Source: an uncultured Acidobacteriota bacterium (lineage in GTDB: Bacteria; Actinomycetota; Acidimicrobiia; Spongiisociales; ZC4RG35). Taken from it: DNA of 64,000 nt. Both the position numbers and the translations under genes were made by a program. Shown here in pieces: positions 26,138 to 34,744 of this stretch. Numbering within the stretch: the first letter of the stretch is position 1; each line of letters opens with the position of its first letter. Below the pieces are notes generated by a model. That model made no database searches, was not told where the DNA came from, and worked only from the letters and a program-made list of their open reading frames with translations. The DNA lies in NCBI GenBank assembly GCA_963780755.1, contig CAWACX010000001.1, positions 467,514 to 531,513 on the forward strand, in the 5' to 3' direction.

Positions 26138-28492
26138 TCAGTCCCGCTTGGTCAGGGACTTGAGGCTGAACGCAGCCACCGCCCGCTCCGCGTCCTCATA
26201 GCTCTGCTTGATCCAACGATCGACGACATCGAGGTCGGCGGCAGACCCGTGACCGTTGCGCCCCCCATAGATCGCGGCCGAGTAGGAGCGGGCGAGCGGC
26301 ACGAGACGGCGGTCGGTGCGTGAAGCGAATTCGATCGGGGTCTCATGTTCCGGGATCGGCTCCCCGAGGTCGGCGAGGCGGTCGACGATCTCCTCCCACG
26401 CTGCGGTCACGTCCCCCTCGCTCAGGCGGGCCCTTCGGCGCCGGCGCCGGACCACCTTGGTGAGCGGGATGGCGGCGGCGAGGGCGACGACGATCGGGAG
26501 CACCCACCACCACGCGGTGACATCGAAACCGGAACCTGTGCGGGTGACCGGGTTGCCCTCGGCATCAAACCCGTCGGTGAGGGTTTCATCGAGGAATGCT
26601 GGACGATCGGGCCCTGTGGTTGCGTTGGGGTCGGGCGGTGGCAAGTACTCGACGGGATTGAACTGTGCGGAGATCCCTTCGGGCTGGGTCCCGTCGCCGC
26701 GTGGCGTTGGGTCGAACTTCACCCAACCGAACCCGTCCATCCACATCTCTACCCAGGCGTGGGCGTTGTTGTCGCGGACCACGATCACCTCGGTGCCGTC
26801 GGACTGGGTCTGGGCCTCACCCGGGGTGAATCCCCAGACCACCCTGCTCGGAATCCCCAGGGAGCGACCGAGGACCGCCATCGCCGCGGCGAACTGCTCG
26901 CAGTACCCGGTCTGGTAGTTGTCCGACTCCGGGTCGGTCAGCCACGCCTCGAGGTCGAGGGCACCGTGACCCGTGGAGACATCCGTGGAGTAGACGAAGT
27001 CGCCGTTGCGGAACCAGTCCTCCAGCACCCAAGCCGCCTCGAAGTCCGTGGTGGCCCCCGCCGTCACCCGGTTGGCGATGCGGAGCAGGCCGAGGGGAGT
27101 GTCGGGAGGCAGTTCGACGAATCGGTCGAGATCGGCGGGCCGGATCCGGGCTCCGGGCGCAGGCGCCGGGAGCGCCGTGAACTCTCCTGCTTCTGCAGCG
27201 TTCTGGAACATCGGGCTCAGTGTTCCCGCCGGGGTCGACGCCAGGGCCCCGAGGTCGGCTTCGAGGAGGGGGAGCACCGTCTCCACCTGGTACTGGTCCC
27301 CCTGGCCGAGCTGGGCCTGATAGAGCAGAGAGCCGTCGGGTGTCGTCTGAAAGCCGGCGACGTCGATGTTCTCGGATTGCAGCACCTGGGCCAGCCCGGA
27401 AGTCGGGACCACCGGCGAGCGGAGCAGGTCGATCTGAACTCTGGAGGTGAAAGTGTCGGTGCTGCCCTTGTAGGCGTGTTGGGGATCCCCGCCGGCGGTG
27501 CTCGGGGAGTAGAACTCGACGTCCTGGAGCGAGGGCCGCCACTGGATCCCGTCCCAGGTGTCGAGGCTCTCCATTCTCCAATACACCTCGGAGGGATCGG
27601 GGGCGTTCTCGCTGAGCGTCGCCCTGAACAGTTGGGCGTTGGTCCGGGTGATGACACGCTGGCGGAGGTCGGCGAGCCGGTCGAAGGCGACCCCACCGAA
27701 TCCAGGCCCATAGCCACCCCCCAGCCTCCACTGCAGATTGCCGCTGGGTGGCACCAGGCCGGCAGAGGCGGTGGTGGCATACATGGCGCCCACCCCGATG
27801 AGAAGGGCGGCGGCGACGGTGATGGCCTGGGCGCGACGGGGGAGTGGCCTCCCGTCAGAGTCTCGGAGACGACCGCTCTCGTTGCGCCGGTCGAGGGCGA
27901 TCCCGGCGATGCCCAATGCGATGGCGGTGATCGATGCGGCCATCCATCCTCGACCTGCATCGCGGCGGTCCATCACTGCGAACTGGAGGTAGAGGGCAAG
28001 CGGGGGAATGATCATGGCGTAGGCAGGACCGCTCCCCGCGCCCCAGACGAAGAGCGCCCCCATCACCCACACCAGGACGGCGAGGACCCCGATCAGGCCA
28101 GGTGTCGGGAAGACCGGCGCCACCCCGAAGCGGATCAGGTCGAAGGCTTGGCCGAACTCCCGCGCCAACTCTCCGGGCGTATCCAGGCTGGGAACGAAGC
28201 CGGCGATGAGGGTTTGGGGGACTGTGATGCGGAGGAGGAGGGCCAGGCCAAGCAGGGCGAACACAGCGACCTGAATCCGACGGTCCTTGGTCAACTGGCC
28301 CAGCAGCCACCAGACGACACCGCCGAGGAGGACCGACGCCACCATGATCAGCTGCCACTGCGGCGCCTGCTCGCTGGTGTCGAGGAGCCGGCCCATGCGG
28401 GCCAGCATCAGCACGAAGGCGACGACGCCGGCTATCCGACCGAGGCTGTTGTCCATGAGGTCCTCAATGTCGCCATCCAGGCCGGGGCCCAA
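26138..28492 (-). CDS. Transglutaminase-domain polytopic membrane protein (TgpA-like)
   Basis: 784 aa with N-terminal multi-TM segments. The catalytic core contains GYCEQFAAAMAVLGRSLGIPSRVVWGF and NAHAWVEMWMDGFGWVKFDPTP, and there is a late TM segment. The start overlaps the DUF58 3' end; alternatives are the TTG at 28492 or the ATG at 28456. Confidence 0.85.
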   Translation of the reverse strand: MGPGLDGDIEDLMDNSLGRIAGVVAFVLMLARMGRLLDTSEQAPQWQLIMVASVLLGGVVWWLLGQLTKDRRIQVAVFALLGLALLLRITVPQTLIAGFVPSLDTPGELAREFGQAFDLIRFGVAPVFPTPGLIGVLAVLVWVMGALFVWGAGSGPAYAMIIPPLALYLQFAVMDRRDAGRGWMAASITAIALGIAGIALDRRNESGRLRDSDGRPLPRRAQAITVAAALLIGVGAMYATTASAGLVPPSGNLQWRLGGGYGPGFGGVAFDRLADLRQRVITRTNAQLFRATLSENAPDPSEVYWRMESLDTWDGIQWRPSLQDVEFYSPSTAGGDPQHAYKGSTDTFTSRVQIDLLRSPVVPTSGLAQVLQSENIDVAGFQTTPDGSLLYQAQLGQGDQYQVETVLPLLEADLGALASTPAGTLSPMFQNAAEAGEFTALPAPAPGARIRPADLDRFVELPPDTPLGLLRIANRVTAGATTDFEAAWVLEDWFRNGDFVYSTDVSTGHGALDLEAWLTDPESDNYQTGYCEQFAAAMAVLGRSLGIPSRVVWGFTPGEAQTQSDGTEVIVVRDNNAHAWVEMWMDGFGWVKFDPTPRGDGTQPEGISAQFNPVEYLPPPDPNATTGPDRPAFLDETLTDGFDAEGNPVTRTGSGFDVTAWWWVLPIVVALAAAIPLTKVVRRRRRRARLSEGDVTAAWEEIVDRLADLGEPIPEHETPIEFASRTDRRLVPLARSYSAAIYGGRNGHGSAADLDVVDRWIKQSYEDAERAVAAFSLKSLTKRD

Positions 28493-29610
28493 AGCTGGTC
28501 GGGGTGGATGGACACGGTGGCCACGCCGAGGCGGTGGAAGCCGACCAGGGTCTGTGAAGTGGAGGCCGACACACTCATCAGCACGGTGGTCGGGTAATCA
28601 CGGGCCAGGAGTTGTTGCACCGAGAGCATCGACCGGTCCGCGACCCCGGTGATGATGACGAGGGCCCCGCCCCCGCCCTTCTGGCGGATCCGGGTGGCGA
28701 CGGCCTGGATGTCGATCGCGGGGTCGGCCTGGACCAGGGCAAGGCGCTCCATGGCCGTCCCGTAGCGTGTGGCGTCGATGGGCTCGGCGTCGCCGGCCCA
28801 GAGGTCGGCATCGAAGCCTGACGAGATGAGATGGGTGATGACCGAGGCGGCACCTGACACTGCCTTCTCGAAGGCGTCCTGCGATTCGTAGCTAGCGGAT
28901 CTGATGTCGAGGAGGACGAGAGCCCTTGATTGCCATGGGGTCTCCAACTGGCGGATCATCAACTCGTCGGTGCGGGCCGAATACGGCCAGTGCACCCGCC
29001 GCAGGTCGTCTCCCCGCTGGTACTCGCGCAGGGTGTAGAAGTCTTCGCCACCGCGACGGCTGTGCTCCGGTCGCGAGGCGGCCATGGCCGGGTCCTGGCC
29101 CCTGACGATGGGGAACCCGCTCAAGTCCTCAAGCGCCGGATAGACGACGATCCTGTCCACTGGGCCGACGTCGGAGCGCATTTCGGCGAGGCCCAGGGGG
29201 TCGGTGCTCCGGATCGTTGCCGGGCCGACCCGGTAGACACCTCTCGGCTTGCAGGTGACCCTGTAGCTCGCAGTGGTGGTCTCCAACGGCTTGATTCGGG
29301 CGACTTCGAAATTGGCCATGCCCAGCCGATTGACGTCGTCTTCCAGGGTGACATTCGACACCGAGCGCCGAGACCGGTTGGCGAGGAGGAGGGTGACTCC
29401 GGTGGTGTCCCCGTCATGGACGATCGCCGAGCCCAGGCGCCGGCTCACCTCGACATCGGGACGGCGGGCCCGCACCCAGACGATCGCGACAAGTTGGGCG
29501 AGGATCAGGAACATGGCTGCCAGGAAGAGCTCGAGGTCGCCGAGGGCGACCCAGAGCACGACGAGGGCGAGGCCGGCTCCGGAGAAGGCCCAACCCCGCA
29601 GGGTTGGCAT
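28432..29610 (-). CDS. DUF58-family protein (MoxR-associated)
   Basis: 392 aa with two N-terminal TM segments and the DUF58-type motif YTLREYQRGDDLRRVHWPYSART. Its start overlaps the moxR stop as ATGA. Confidence 0.85.
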   Translation of the reverse strand: MPTLRGWAFSGAGLALVVLWVALGDLELFLAAMFLILAQLVAIVWVRARRPDVEVSRRLGSAIVHDGDTTGVTLLLANRSRRSVSNVTLEDDVNRLGMANFEVARIKPLETTTASYRVTCKPRGVYRVGPATIRSTDPLGLAEMRSDVGPVDRIVVYPALEDLSGFPIVRGQDPAMAASRPEHSRRGGEDFYTLREYQRGDDLRRVHWPYSARTDELMIRQLETPWQSRALVLLDIRSASYESQDAFEKAVSGAASVITHLISSGFDADLWAGDAEPIDATRYGTAMERLALVQADPAIDIQAVATRIRQKGGGGALVIITGVADRSMLSVQQLLARDYPTTVLMSVSASTSQTLVGFHRLGVATVSIHPDQLWAPAWMATLRTSWTTASVG

Positions 29611-30611
29611 CAGGTGGCGATCCGGGTCGTGGTTCCGGGGACCCTGAGCCTCGACATGATCTCGTCGATGACGTCCCCGATCGCCTCGCCTCTCATCTGC
29701 GCCTCGGGCCGGAGCGACATCCGGTGCTCGAGGACGGGGTGGGCAAGGGTCTTGACGTCGTCGGGGATGACGTACTCCCTGCCCTGTGAGGCGGCATTGG
29801 CCCGGGCCAGGCGCTGCAGGAACAGGGCGGAGCGAGGCGAGGCCCCCAGAAGGACATCGGGGTGAGAGCGCGACCCGTCGACGAGGTCGACGATGTAGTT
29901 CTTCACCGACGGCGAGACCGCTACCTCACGGGCGATGCCCACCATCTCATCGACCTCCTCGATCGACACCACGGGCTCGAGGTCGAAGAAGGTGGAGCGC
30001 ACACCGTGGGTGTCGAGAATCTCCAACTCCTTGGCGCGGCTCGGGTAACCGATCACCACTCTCATCATGAAGCGGTCGAGCTGGGCCTCGGGCAGGGGAT
30101 AAGTGCCCTCGTGCTCGAGTGGGTTCTGGGTCGCCATCACCATGAAGGGGAGGGGCAGTGCCCGGGTGATGCCGTCGGAGGTGACTTGGCGCTCCTCCAT
30201 CGCCTCGAGGAGGGCGGACTGGGTCTTGGGGCTGGCCCGGTTGATCTCGTCTCCGACCACGAGGTTGGCGAAGATCGGTCCCGGCTTGAACTCGAATTCG
30301 CTTCGGTTTCGGTCCCAAACCGACACCCCGGTCACGTCCGAGGGGAGTAAGTCGGGGGTGAATTGCACCCGGTTGAACACACTGTCGATGGAACGGGCCA
30401 CCGACTTGGCGAGTTGAGTCTTGCCCACCCCGGGCACGTCTTCGACCAGCACATGACCCTCGGCGACCAGGGCGAGGAGGACGAGCTCGACCACATCACG
30501 CTTCCCCTGGATCACGGTCTCGACATTGGCCGCGATTCGGTCGAATCGCTCGCTGAACACCGCGATTTGTTGTGGTGTGGCCTCGCTCAAAGACGACTCC
30601 CTATGGTTCAT
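29610..30611 (-). CDS. moxR: MoxR-family AAA+ ATPase
   Basis: Motifs VPGVGKTQLAKS, DEINRASPKTQSALLEAMEE and ATQNPLEHEGTYPLPEAQLDRF. I start at the ATG at 30611 (MNHRESS...). The extension to 30782 has off-frame-like composition. Confidence 0.9.
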   Translation of the reverse strand: MNHRESSLSEATPQQIAVFSERFDRIAANVETVIQGKRDVVELVLLALVAEGHVLVEDVPGVGKTQLAKSVARSIDSVFNRVQFTPDLLPSDVTGVSVWDRNRSEFEFKPGPIFANLVVGDEINRASPKTQSALLEAMEERQVTSDGITRALPLPFMVMATQNPLEHEGTYPLPEAQLDRFMMRVVIGYPSRAKELEILDTHGVRSTFFDLEPVVSIEEVDEMVGIAREVAVSPSVKNYIVDLVDGSRSHPDVLLGASPRSALFLQRLARANAASQGREYVIPDDVKTLAHPVLEHRMSLRPEAQMRGEAIGDVIDEIMSRLRVPGTTTRIAT

Positions 30612-30647
30612 GAACTGTACAGATGACAACGAAGTAGCCACGCTAGA

Positions 30648-30911
30648 GTGTTCCTCGGGGAAAGGGATTTGCGAATGGGACAACGGCTGGGGTTGCGTTC
30701 TGGCCTCTTGAGTTTGTTCGGCACGCCCGTCCTGCTCTGGGAAGCGGTCCGCACTGCGTTCGCGATGCGGGGACGAGGCCAAATCTCACCTTCGACCCAC
30801 TATCTGGCCTGGCGCATGCACACTGCCTATGGCGATGATGCGGTCGCCGCCCGCTCCGAAGACCTCGCCACTTTTCTGCGCTGGCGCCGTGTGATGAGGA
30901 GCCTGTCGTGA
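30648..30911 (+). CDS. Small conserved-looking hypothetical protein
   Basis: 87-aa ORF divergent from moxR. It contains YLAWRMHTAYGDDAVAARSEDLATFLRWRRVMRSL and overlaps the next gene as GTGA. The start could instead be the ATG at 30675. Confidence 0.5.
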   Translation: MFLGERDLRMGQRLGLRSGLLSLFGTPVLLWEAVRTAFAMRGRGQISPSTHYLAWRMHTAYGDDAVAARSEDLATFLRWRRVMRSLS

Positions 30912-31489
30912 CTACCAAGCTGGTCGGGCGCCTCCAGGACATCCCCGGAGTGGCCGCGGTGTCGGTGAACCTCGAAGAGGAAGGCGGGGGGATCAACGTC
31001 CGTCTCCAACCCGACGCCGACGAGGCCGAGGTGCTGGAGAGGGTCAGGGCACTCCTGGTCGCCTACAGCGTGCGGTCCGAATCCTTTCCCCCTTTGCGTG
31101 TCGGCCGTACTCCTCTTCCGGGCAACAACGACCTCGGCGTCGACGTGAAGATCACCCCCATCAAGGGCGGGGCGCGAGTCGAGGTGATCGGGGACGCGAT
31201 CCGCTCGTTCCGGGTGGTGCCACCCGATCCCACTGCAATCGCACAGGGGCTATCCGATGCCTGGAGCCAGGTGCTGGGGCGGCCGCCGACCGAGATTTCG
31301 AGCGTGTCGATCGACGACGATGGCCACCTGCTGGTCACTGCGTCGGTCGACGGGATCGAGCACCGTGGCGAGAGTGACCTCGATCAGGGCTGGGCTACCG
31401 CGCTGACCCACAGTGTCGGGCGCGCGATTGGAGTCATCCGTGGGGAAGTTGACCTTGCGGAGGCCGATCTTCCCGCTACTGCTTGGTAA
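30908..31489 (+). CDS. Hypothetical protein with an HMA-like beta-alpha-beta N-terminal segment that lacks the metal-binding Cys residues
   Basis: 193 aa with good GC3. The N-terminus is LVGRLQDIPGVAAVSVNLEEEGGGINVRLQ. I recognise no catalytic motif. Confidence 0.55.
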   Translation: MTTKLVGRLQDIPGVAAVSVNLEEEGGGINVRLQPDADEAEVLERVRALLVAYSVRSESFPPLRVGRTPLPGNNDLGVDVKITPIKGGARVEVIGDAIRSFRVVPPDPTAIAQGLSDAWSQVLGRPPTEISSVSIDDDGHLLVTASVDGIEHRGESDLDQGWATALTHSVGRAIGVIRGEVDLAEADLPATAW

Positions 31490-31515
31490 CGTCGTACCAG
31501 CGAACCGTTCTGCTT

Positions 31516-32013
31516 ATGTCCAGGGTCCTTGTACTCAACGCGAGTTATGAGCCGCTTTCGGTGGTGGCAACCCGCCGTGCGGTAGTCCTTGTGCTGCATG
31601 ACAAGGCAAGCGTCGTCGTCGGCCGTGACGAGCTGTGGTCCTCGGAGTCGTCGACCGTCGAAGTCCCGTCGGTGGTTCGCCTGAACCGGTTCGTCAAGGT
31701 CCCTTACCGTCGAGCGGCGCCGGTGACGAGACGGGCGGTCTTCGGGCGGGACGGCCATCGTTGCCAGTACTGCGGTGGTCCCGCCGAGTCGTTGGACCAC
31801 ATTCAGCCTCGCTCCAAGGGCGGGGACCACACCTGGGACAACGTGGTCGCTTGTTGTCGGCCCTGCAACATCCGCAAGGGGGACCGGCTACCCGCCGAGG
31901 CCGGGCTCCGGCTCGACAGCCAGCCGGGGCCGCCCCGGCAATACGCCTGGATCTACGCCTCCACCGGGTACCAAGTCGACCCGGCCTGGGGGCCGTATCT
32001 CGCCGCGTCGTAG
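31516..32013 (+). CDS. HNH endonuclease (McrA-like small family)
   Basis: From the ATG at 31516 (MSRVLVLNASYEPL...). The HNH/zinc core is CQYCGGPAESLDHIQPRSKGGDHTWDNVVACCRPCNIRKG. Confidence 0.85.
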   Translation: MSRVLVLNASYEPLSVVATRRAVVLVLHDKASVVVGRDELWSSESSTVEVPSVVRLNRFVKVPYRRAAPVTRRAVFGRDGHRCQYCGGPAESLDHIQPRSKGGDHTWDNVVACCRPCNIRKGDRLPAEAGLRLDSQPGPPRQYAWIYASTGYQVDPAWGPYLAAS

Positions 32014-32028
32014 GTAAGGGCGGATTCC

Positions 32029-32583
32029 ATGGCCGACCTCATCTACGTCATCAGCGCATCACTCGACGGTTACATCGCCGACGAGAATGGCAACTTCGAC
32101 TGGGGAGAGCCCTCTGACGATGCACACGCCTTCTTCAACGACTTCCAGCGACTGGTCGGCACTGTGCTCTACGGCCGTCGCATGTACGAGACGATGCGGG
32201 TGTGGGACACATTTCCCCTCGAAGACCTGCCCGAGGTACAACGCGAGTTCGCCGAGGCATGGCGGGCTTCCGACAAGATCGTCTACTCATCCACCCTGGA
32301 CGCCGTGTCGGAACCGCAGACCCGATTGGAGCGGACCTTCGACGCCAAAGTGGTGCAGACCATGAAGGACGACGCCGACCGCGACCTGGGCATCGGTGGC
32401 CCTGGCCTGGCAGCCGAGGCCATTCGGGCAGGCCTGGTCGACCGGTATCTGCTGCGCGTGGTTCCGACAATCGTCGGGGGAGGCACCTCTGCCCTCCCCG
32501 ACGCAGCGAAGGTCGACCTCTCTCTCAACACGACACGTCGTTTCGACGACGGCTCCGTCCTCCTCGACTACAGCCTGCGATAG
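32029..32583 (+). CDS. Dihydrofolate-reductase-like (RibD C-terminal domain) protein
   Basis: 184 aa with MADLIYVISASLDGYIADENGNFDW and YGRRMYETM, an N-terminus typical of the RibD_C/DHFR-like family. Confidence 0.75.
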   Translation: MADLIYVISASLDGYIADENGNFDWGEPSDDAHAFFNDFQRLVGTVLYGRRMYETMRVWDTFPLEDLPEVQREFAEAWRASDKIVYSSTLDAVSEPQTRLERTFDAKVVQTMKDDADRDLGIGGPGLAAEAIRAGLVDRYLLRVVPTIVGGGTSALPDAAKVDLSLNTTRRFDDGSVLLDYSLR

Positions 32584-32703
32584 CCGCATCGCGTAACGCA
32601 CATCGCACAACGCTCGCCGCTGAGCTGGTTCCCGTATCCGACCGCCCGATCCCTTCGTTTGGCGTGTTCCGATCTGCGTTTTGTGGCCACCTGGGGCGAC
32701 GGT

Positions 32704-32770
32704 GTGGAGCAAGTGGACACCGTTGTGGGGCAAAAGGTTGACAAGTGGGGGGAAGTGGGTCATAGTGGCG
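32704..32770 (+). promoter_or_regulatory. Pmra promoter (TTGACA-17 nt-CATAGT) overlapped by a phased array of GTGG MraZ-type repeats
   Basis: GTGG motifs start at 32704, 32713, 32725, 32745, 32755 and 32765, and the last three are spaced exactly 10 bp apart. TTGACA lies at 32738-32743 and CATAGT at 32761-32766, about 55 nt upstream of the mraZ GTG. Confidence 0.6.
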
Positions 32771-32822
32771 TCGATGCCCGAAAGGGAGTCGTGAAGGTGC
32801 GGACGGACGGAAACGAGAAGAA

Positions 32823-33236
32823 GTGTTCCTTGGTGAGTTCTTCCACAGTCTCGACGGCAAGGGACGGGTGGTCATGCCCTCCACTTTCCGCCGTGGTCTC
32901 GAAGAGGGTTGTGTCCTCACCAAAGGTCAGGACGGGCAACTCCTTGTCTTTTCAGTCGTCGACTTCGAGGCAAAGGCCGCCGAAGTGATGGAACGAGACC
33001 AGGACCGGGGAGGCCGGCGCTTCTCCCGAACGGTCTTCGGTGGGGCGGACCTCCAGACGATGGACAAGTCGGGGAGGCTCTTGGTCAAGCCCGACCTTCG
33101 CTCGTTCGCCGGCTTCGAAGGCAGCAATGAGATCGCGGTCGTCGGGGTCTACGACCACGTCGAGCTCTGGAATCGAGACCGCTACGTGGCCGAGAGGGTC
33201 GCTGGCGACGAGATGTTCGTCGAGGAGGACGAGTGA
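32823..33236 (+). CDS. mraZ: Transcriptional regulator MraZ
   Basis: MFLGEFFHSLDGKGRVVMPSTFR plus a second DxxGR repeat (MDKSGRLLVKPDLR). It is the first gene of the dcw cluster. Confidence 0.9.
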   Translation: MFLGEFFHSLDGKGRVVMPSTFRRGLEEGCVLTKGQDGQLLVFSVVDFEAKAAEVMERDQDRGGRRFSRTVFGGADLQTMDKSGRLLVKPDLRSFAGFEGSNEIAVVGVYDHVELWNRDRYVAERVAGDEMFVEEDE

Positions 33237-33341
33237 CCTGAGAAGGCCCATTGCTGGTTCATCGCCAGCCCCCCGGAACCAATTGGAAGGCCCCTGACTC
33301 CGCCCGCTTCCTGATTGGTACCAGCGCCCGGGGGGCTGGCA

Positions 33342-34277
33342 ATGAACCAGGACCGGAACACCGCAGACCGGGACTTTCACCGGCCGGTTCTGGCGGATGA
33401 AGTCGTCGGGCTCCTGGCCCCCGTGCTTCCCGGAGTGGTGGTGGACGCCACATTCGGGGGAGGGGGCCACGCCAGGCGGTTGCTGGATGAGTTCGGAGAA
33501 GATGTGACGCTGATAGGGATAGATCGTGACCCGGAGGCCCTGGCCAACGCCAGAGGGCTGGGGGTGTCGGCTGTCCCCGGCAACTTCGAAGACCTCACCG
33601 CACTGGTCACGCCGCTGGCCACCTCGGAGATCAGCGCAGTCCTCTTTGACTTCGGGGTCTCCTCCCACCAACTCGACGAGCCGACCCGGGGCTTCTCCTA
33701 CCGCTTCGACGGGCCTCTCGACATGAGAATGGGCCCCGACACCGACCTCACCGCCGACGAGGTCGTCAACCACTGGCCCGAGGACCGCCTCGCCGAAGCC
33801 ATCAGGAAGCTGGGTGAGGAGCCGCTGGCGCGCCGCATCGCCGGTGCGATCGTCGCCCGCCGGCCAATCCAATCCACCAGTGAGCTGTCCGATGTGATCG
33901 CCGGTGTCATGCCCGCCGCCCGACGCCGGGCCGGTCATCCCGCTCGACGCACCTTCCAGGCGATCCGGATGACAGTCAATGACGAGTTGGGCGCGGTCAC
34001 CCGTGGCATCGACCAGGCGATCGAGCTGGTGAAGCCCGGAGGCCGGGTCGTGGCCATCTCCTACCACTCCCTCGAGGACAGGATCGTCAAGCGCCGGTTC
34101 GTCGCCGGTGCCACCGGCTGCACCTGCCCACCCGACATGCCGGTGTGCGGTTGTGGCAACAGCGCAGAGCTGCGCATCCTCACCCGCCGCGGGGTCAGGG
34201 CCTCCGCCGAAGAGGTCGAATCGAACAACCGTGCCCGCTCCGCGGTGCTCCGGGCAGCTGAGAAGGTGGCGGCATGA
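33342..34277 (+). CDS. rsmH: 16S rRNA (cytosine1402-N4)-methyltransferase
   Basis: Motifs HRPVLADEV, DATFGGGGHA, DFGVSSHQLD and ISYHSLEDR. The ATG at 33342 is preferred over the TTG at 33315. Confidence 0.9.
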   Translation: MNQDRNTADRDFHRPVLADEVVGLLAPVLPGVVVDATFGGGGHARRLLDEFGEDVTLIGIDRDPEALANARGLGVSAVPGNFEDLTALVTPLATSEISAVLFDFGVSSHQLDEPTRGFSYRFDGPLDMRMGPDTDLTADEVVNHWPEDRLAEAIRKLGEEPLARRIAGAIVARRPIQSTSELSDVIAGVMPAARRRAGHPARRTFQAIRMTVNDELGAVTRGIDQAIELVKPGGRVVAISYHSLEDRIVKRRFVAGATGCTCPPDMPVCGCGNSAELRILTRRGVRASAEEVESNNRARSAVLRAAEKVAA

Positions 34278-34660
34278 CCGCCCGCCCGCTTCGCCGCATT
34301 GCCAGGCCGGAGTCACTCCGGGTGGTACAAGGTCGAGGTCTCAAGAAGCTGACCCTCGCCCCCTGGATGATCATGTCCCTGATTGCAGTGATTGCGTTCC
34401 TCGGTTTGGGCTTTGCCCGGACCTCGCTGGACCGCTCCGCCTTCGAGATCTCCGAGTTGAACCGGTCGATTTCCGAGGCCTCGGCGCTCAATGAGAGTTT
34501 GAAGCTGGAGATCGCCCGCCTGGAGAACCCGGCGCGAGTCGCCCCACTCGCCGAAGAGCTCGGCCTTGTGCTCCCATCCAACACCCACCAACTCTTGGTC
34601 GACCTCATCCCAACCGGCCCCAAGCTGGCCGACGCCGCATCCGACGGAGCAACGCAATGA
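34274..34660 (+). CDS. ftsL: Cell division protein FtsL-like (single TM plus coiled coil)
   Basis: 128 aa with a basic N-terminus, a TM segment (WMIMSLIAVIAFLGLGF) and a coiled-coil segment (ELNRSISEASALNESLKLEIARLENP). It lies between rsmH and ftsI. Confidence 0.75.
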   Translation: MTARPLRRIARPESLRVVQGRGLKKLTLAPWMIMSLIAVIAFLGLGFARTSLDRSAFEISELNRSISEASALNESLKLEIARLENPARVAPLAEELGLVLPSNTHQLLVDLIPTGPKLADAASDGATQ

Positions 34661-34744
34661 CGACCCGACGAAGCGCTGGAGCCGGGCCGATGGGCGGAGC
34701 GGGAGGCTCCGAGCCACCGGGGTTCCGGCCGGGGGACTGACGGC

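Noticed and set aside
26345-28597. Very long ORFs antisense to, or out of frame with, recognised genes. Examples are 52..975+, 1492..2541+, 3300..4592+, 3739..5229-, 23509..25185-, 26345..28597+, 32952..34316-, 35096..36595-, 51355..52656+, 57055..59100-, 60885..61994+ and 61949..62893+.
   Set aside because: These are typical shadow ORFs of high-GC genomes. They have Arg/Gly/Pro/His-rich composition, low GC3 relative to the opposing frame and no recognisable motifs. Each fully overlaps a gene with clear family signatures.
34657-34744. Possible N-terminal extension of FtsI from an ATG overlapping the ftsL stop (MTTRRSAGAGPMGGAGGSEPPGFRPGD), which would need yet another +1 break.
   Set aside because: GC3 does not discriminate between the frames here. 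The GTG at 34745 already gives a normal short cytoplasmic tail plus TM segment, and no conserved motif is at stake.
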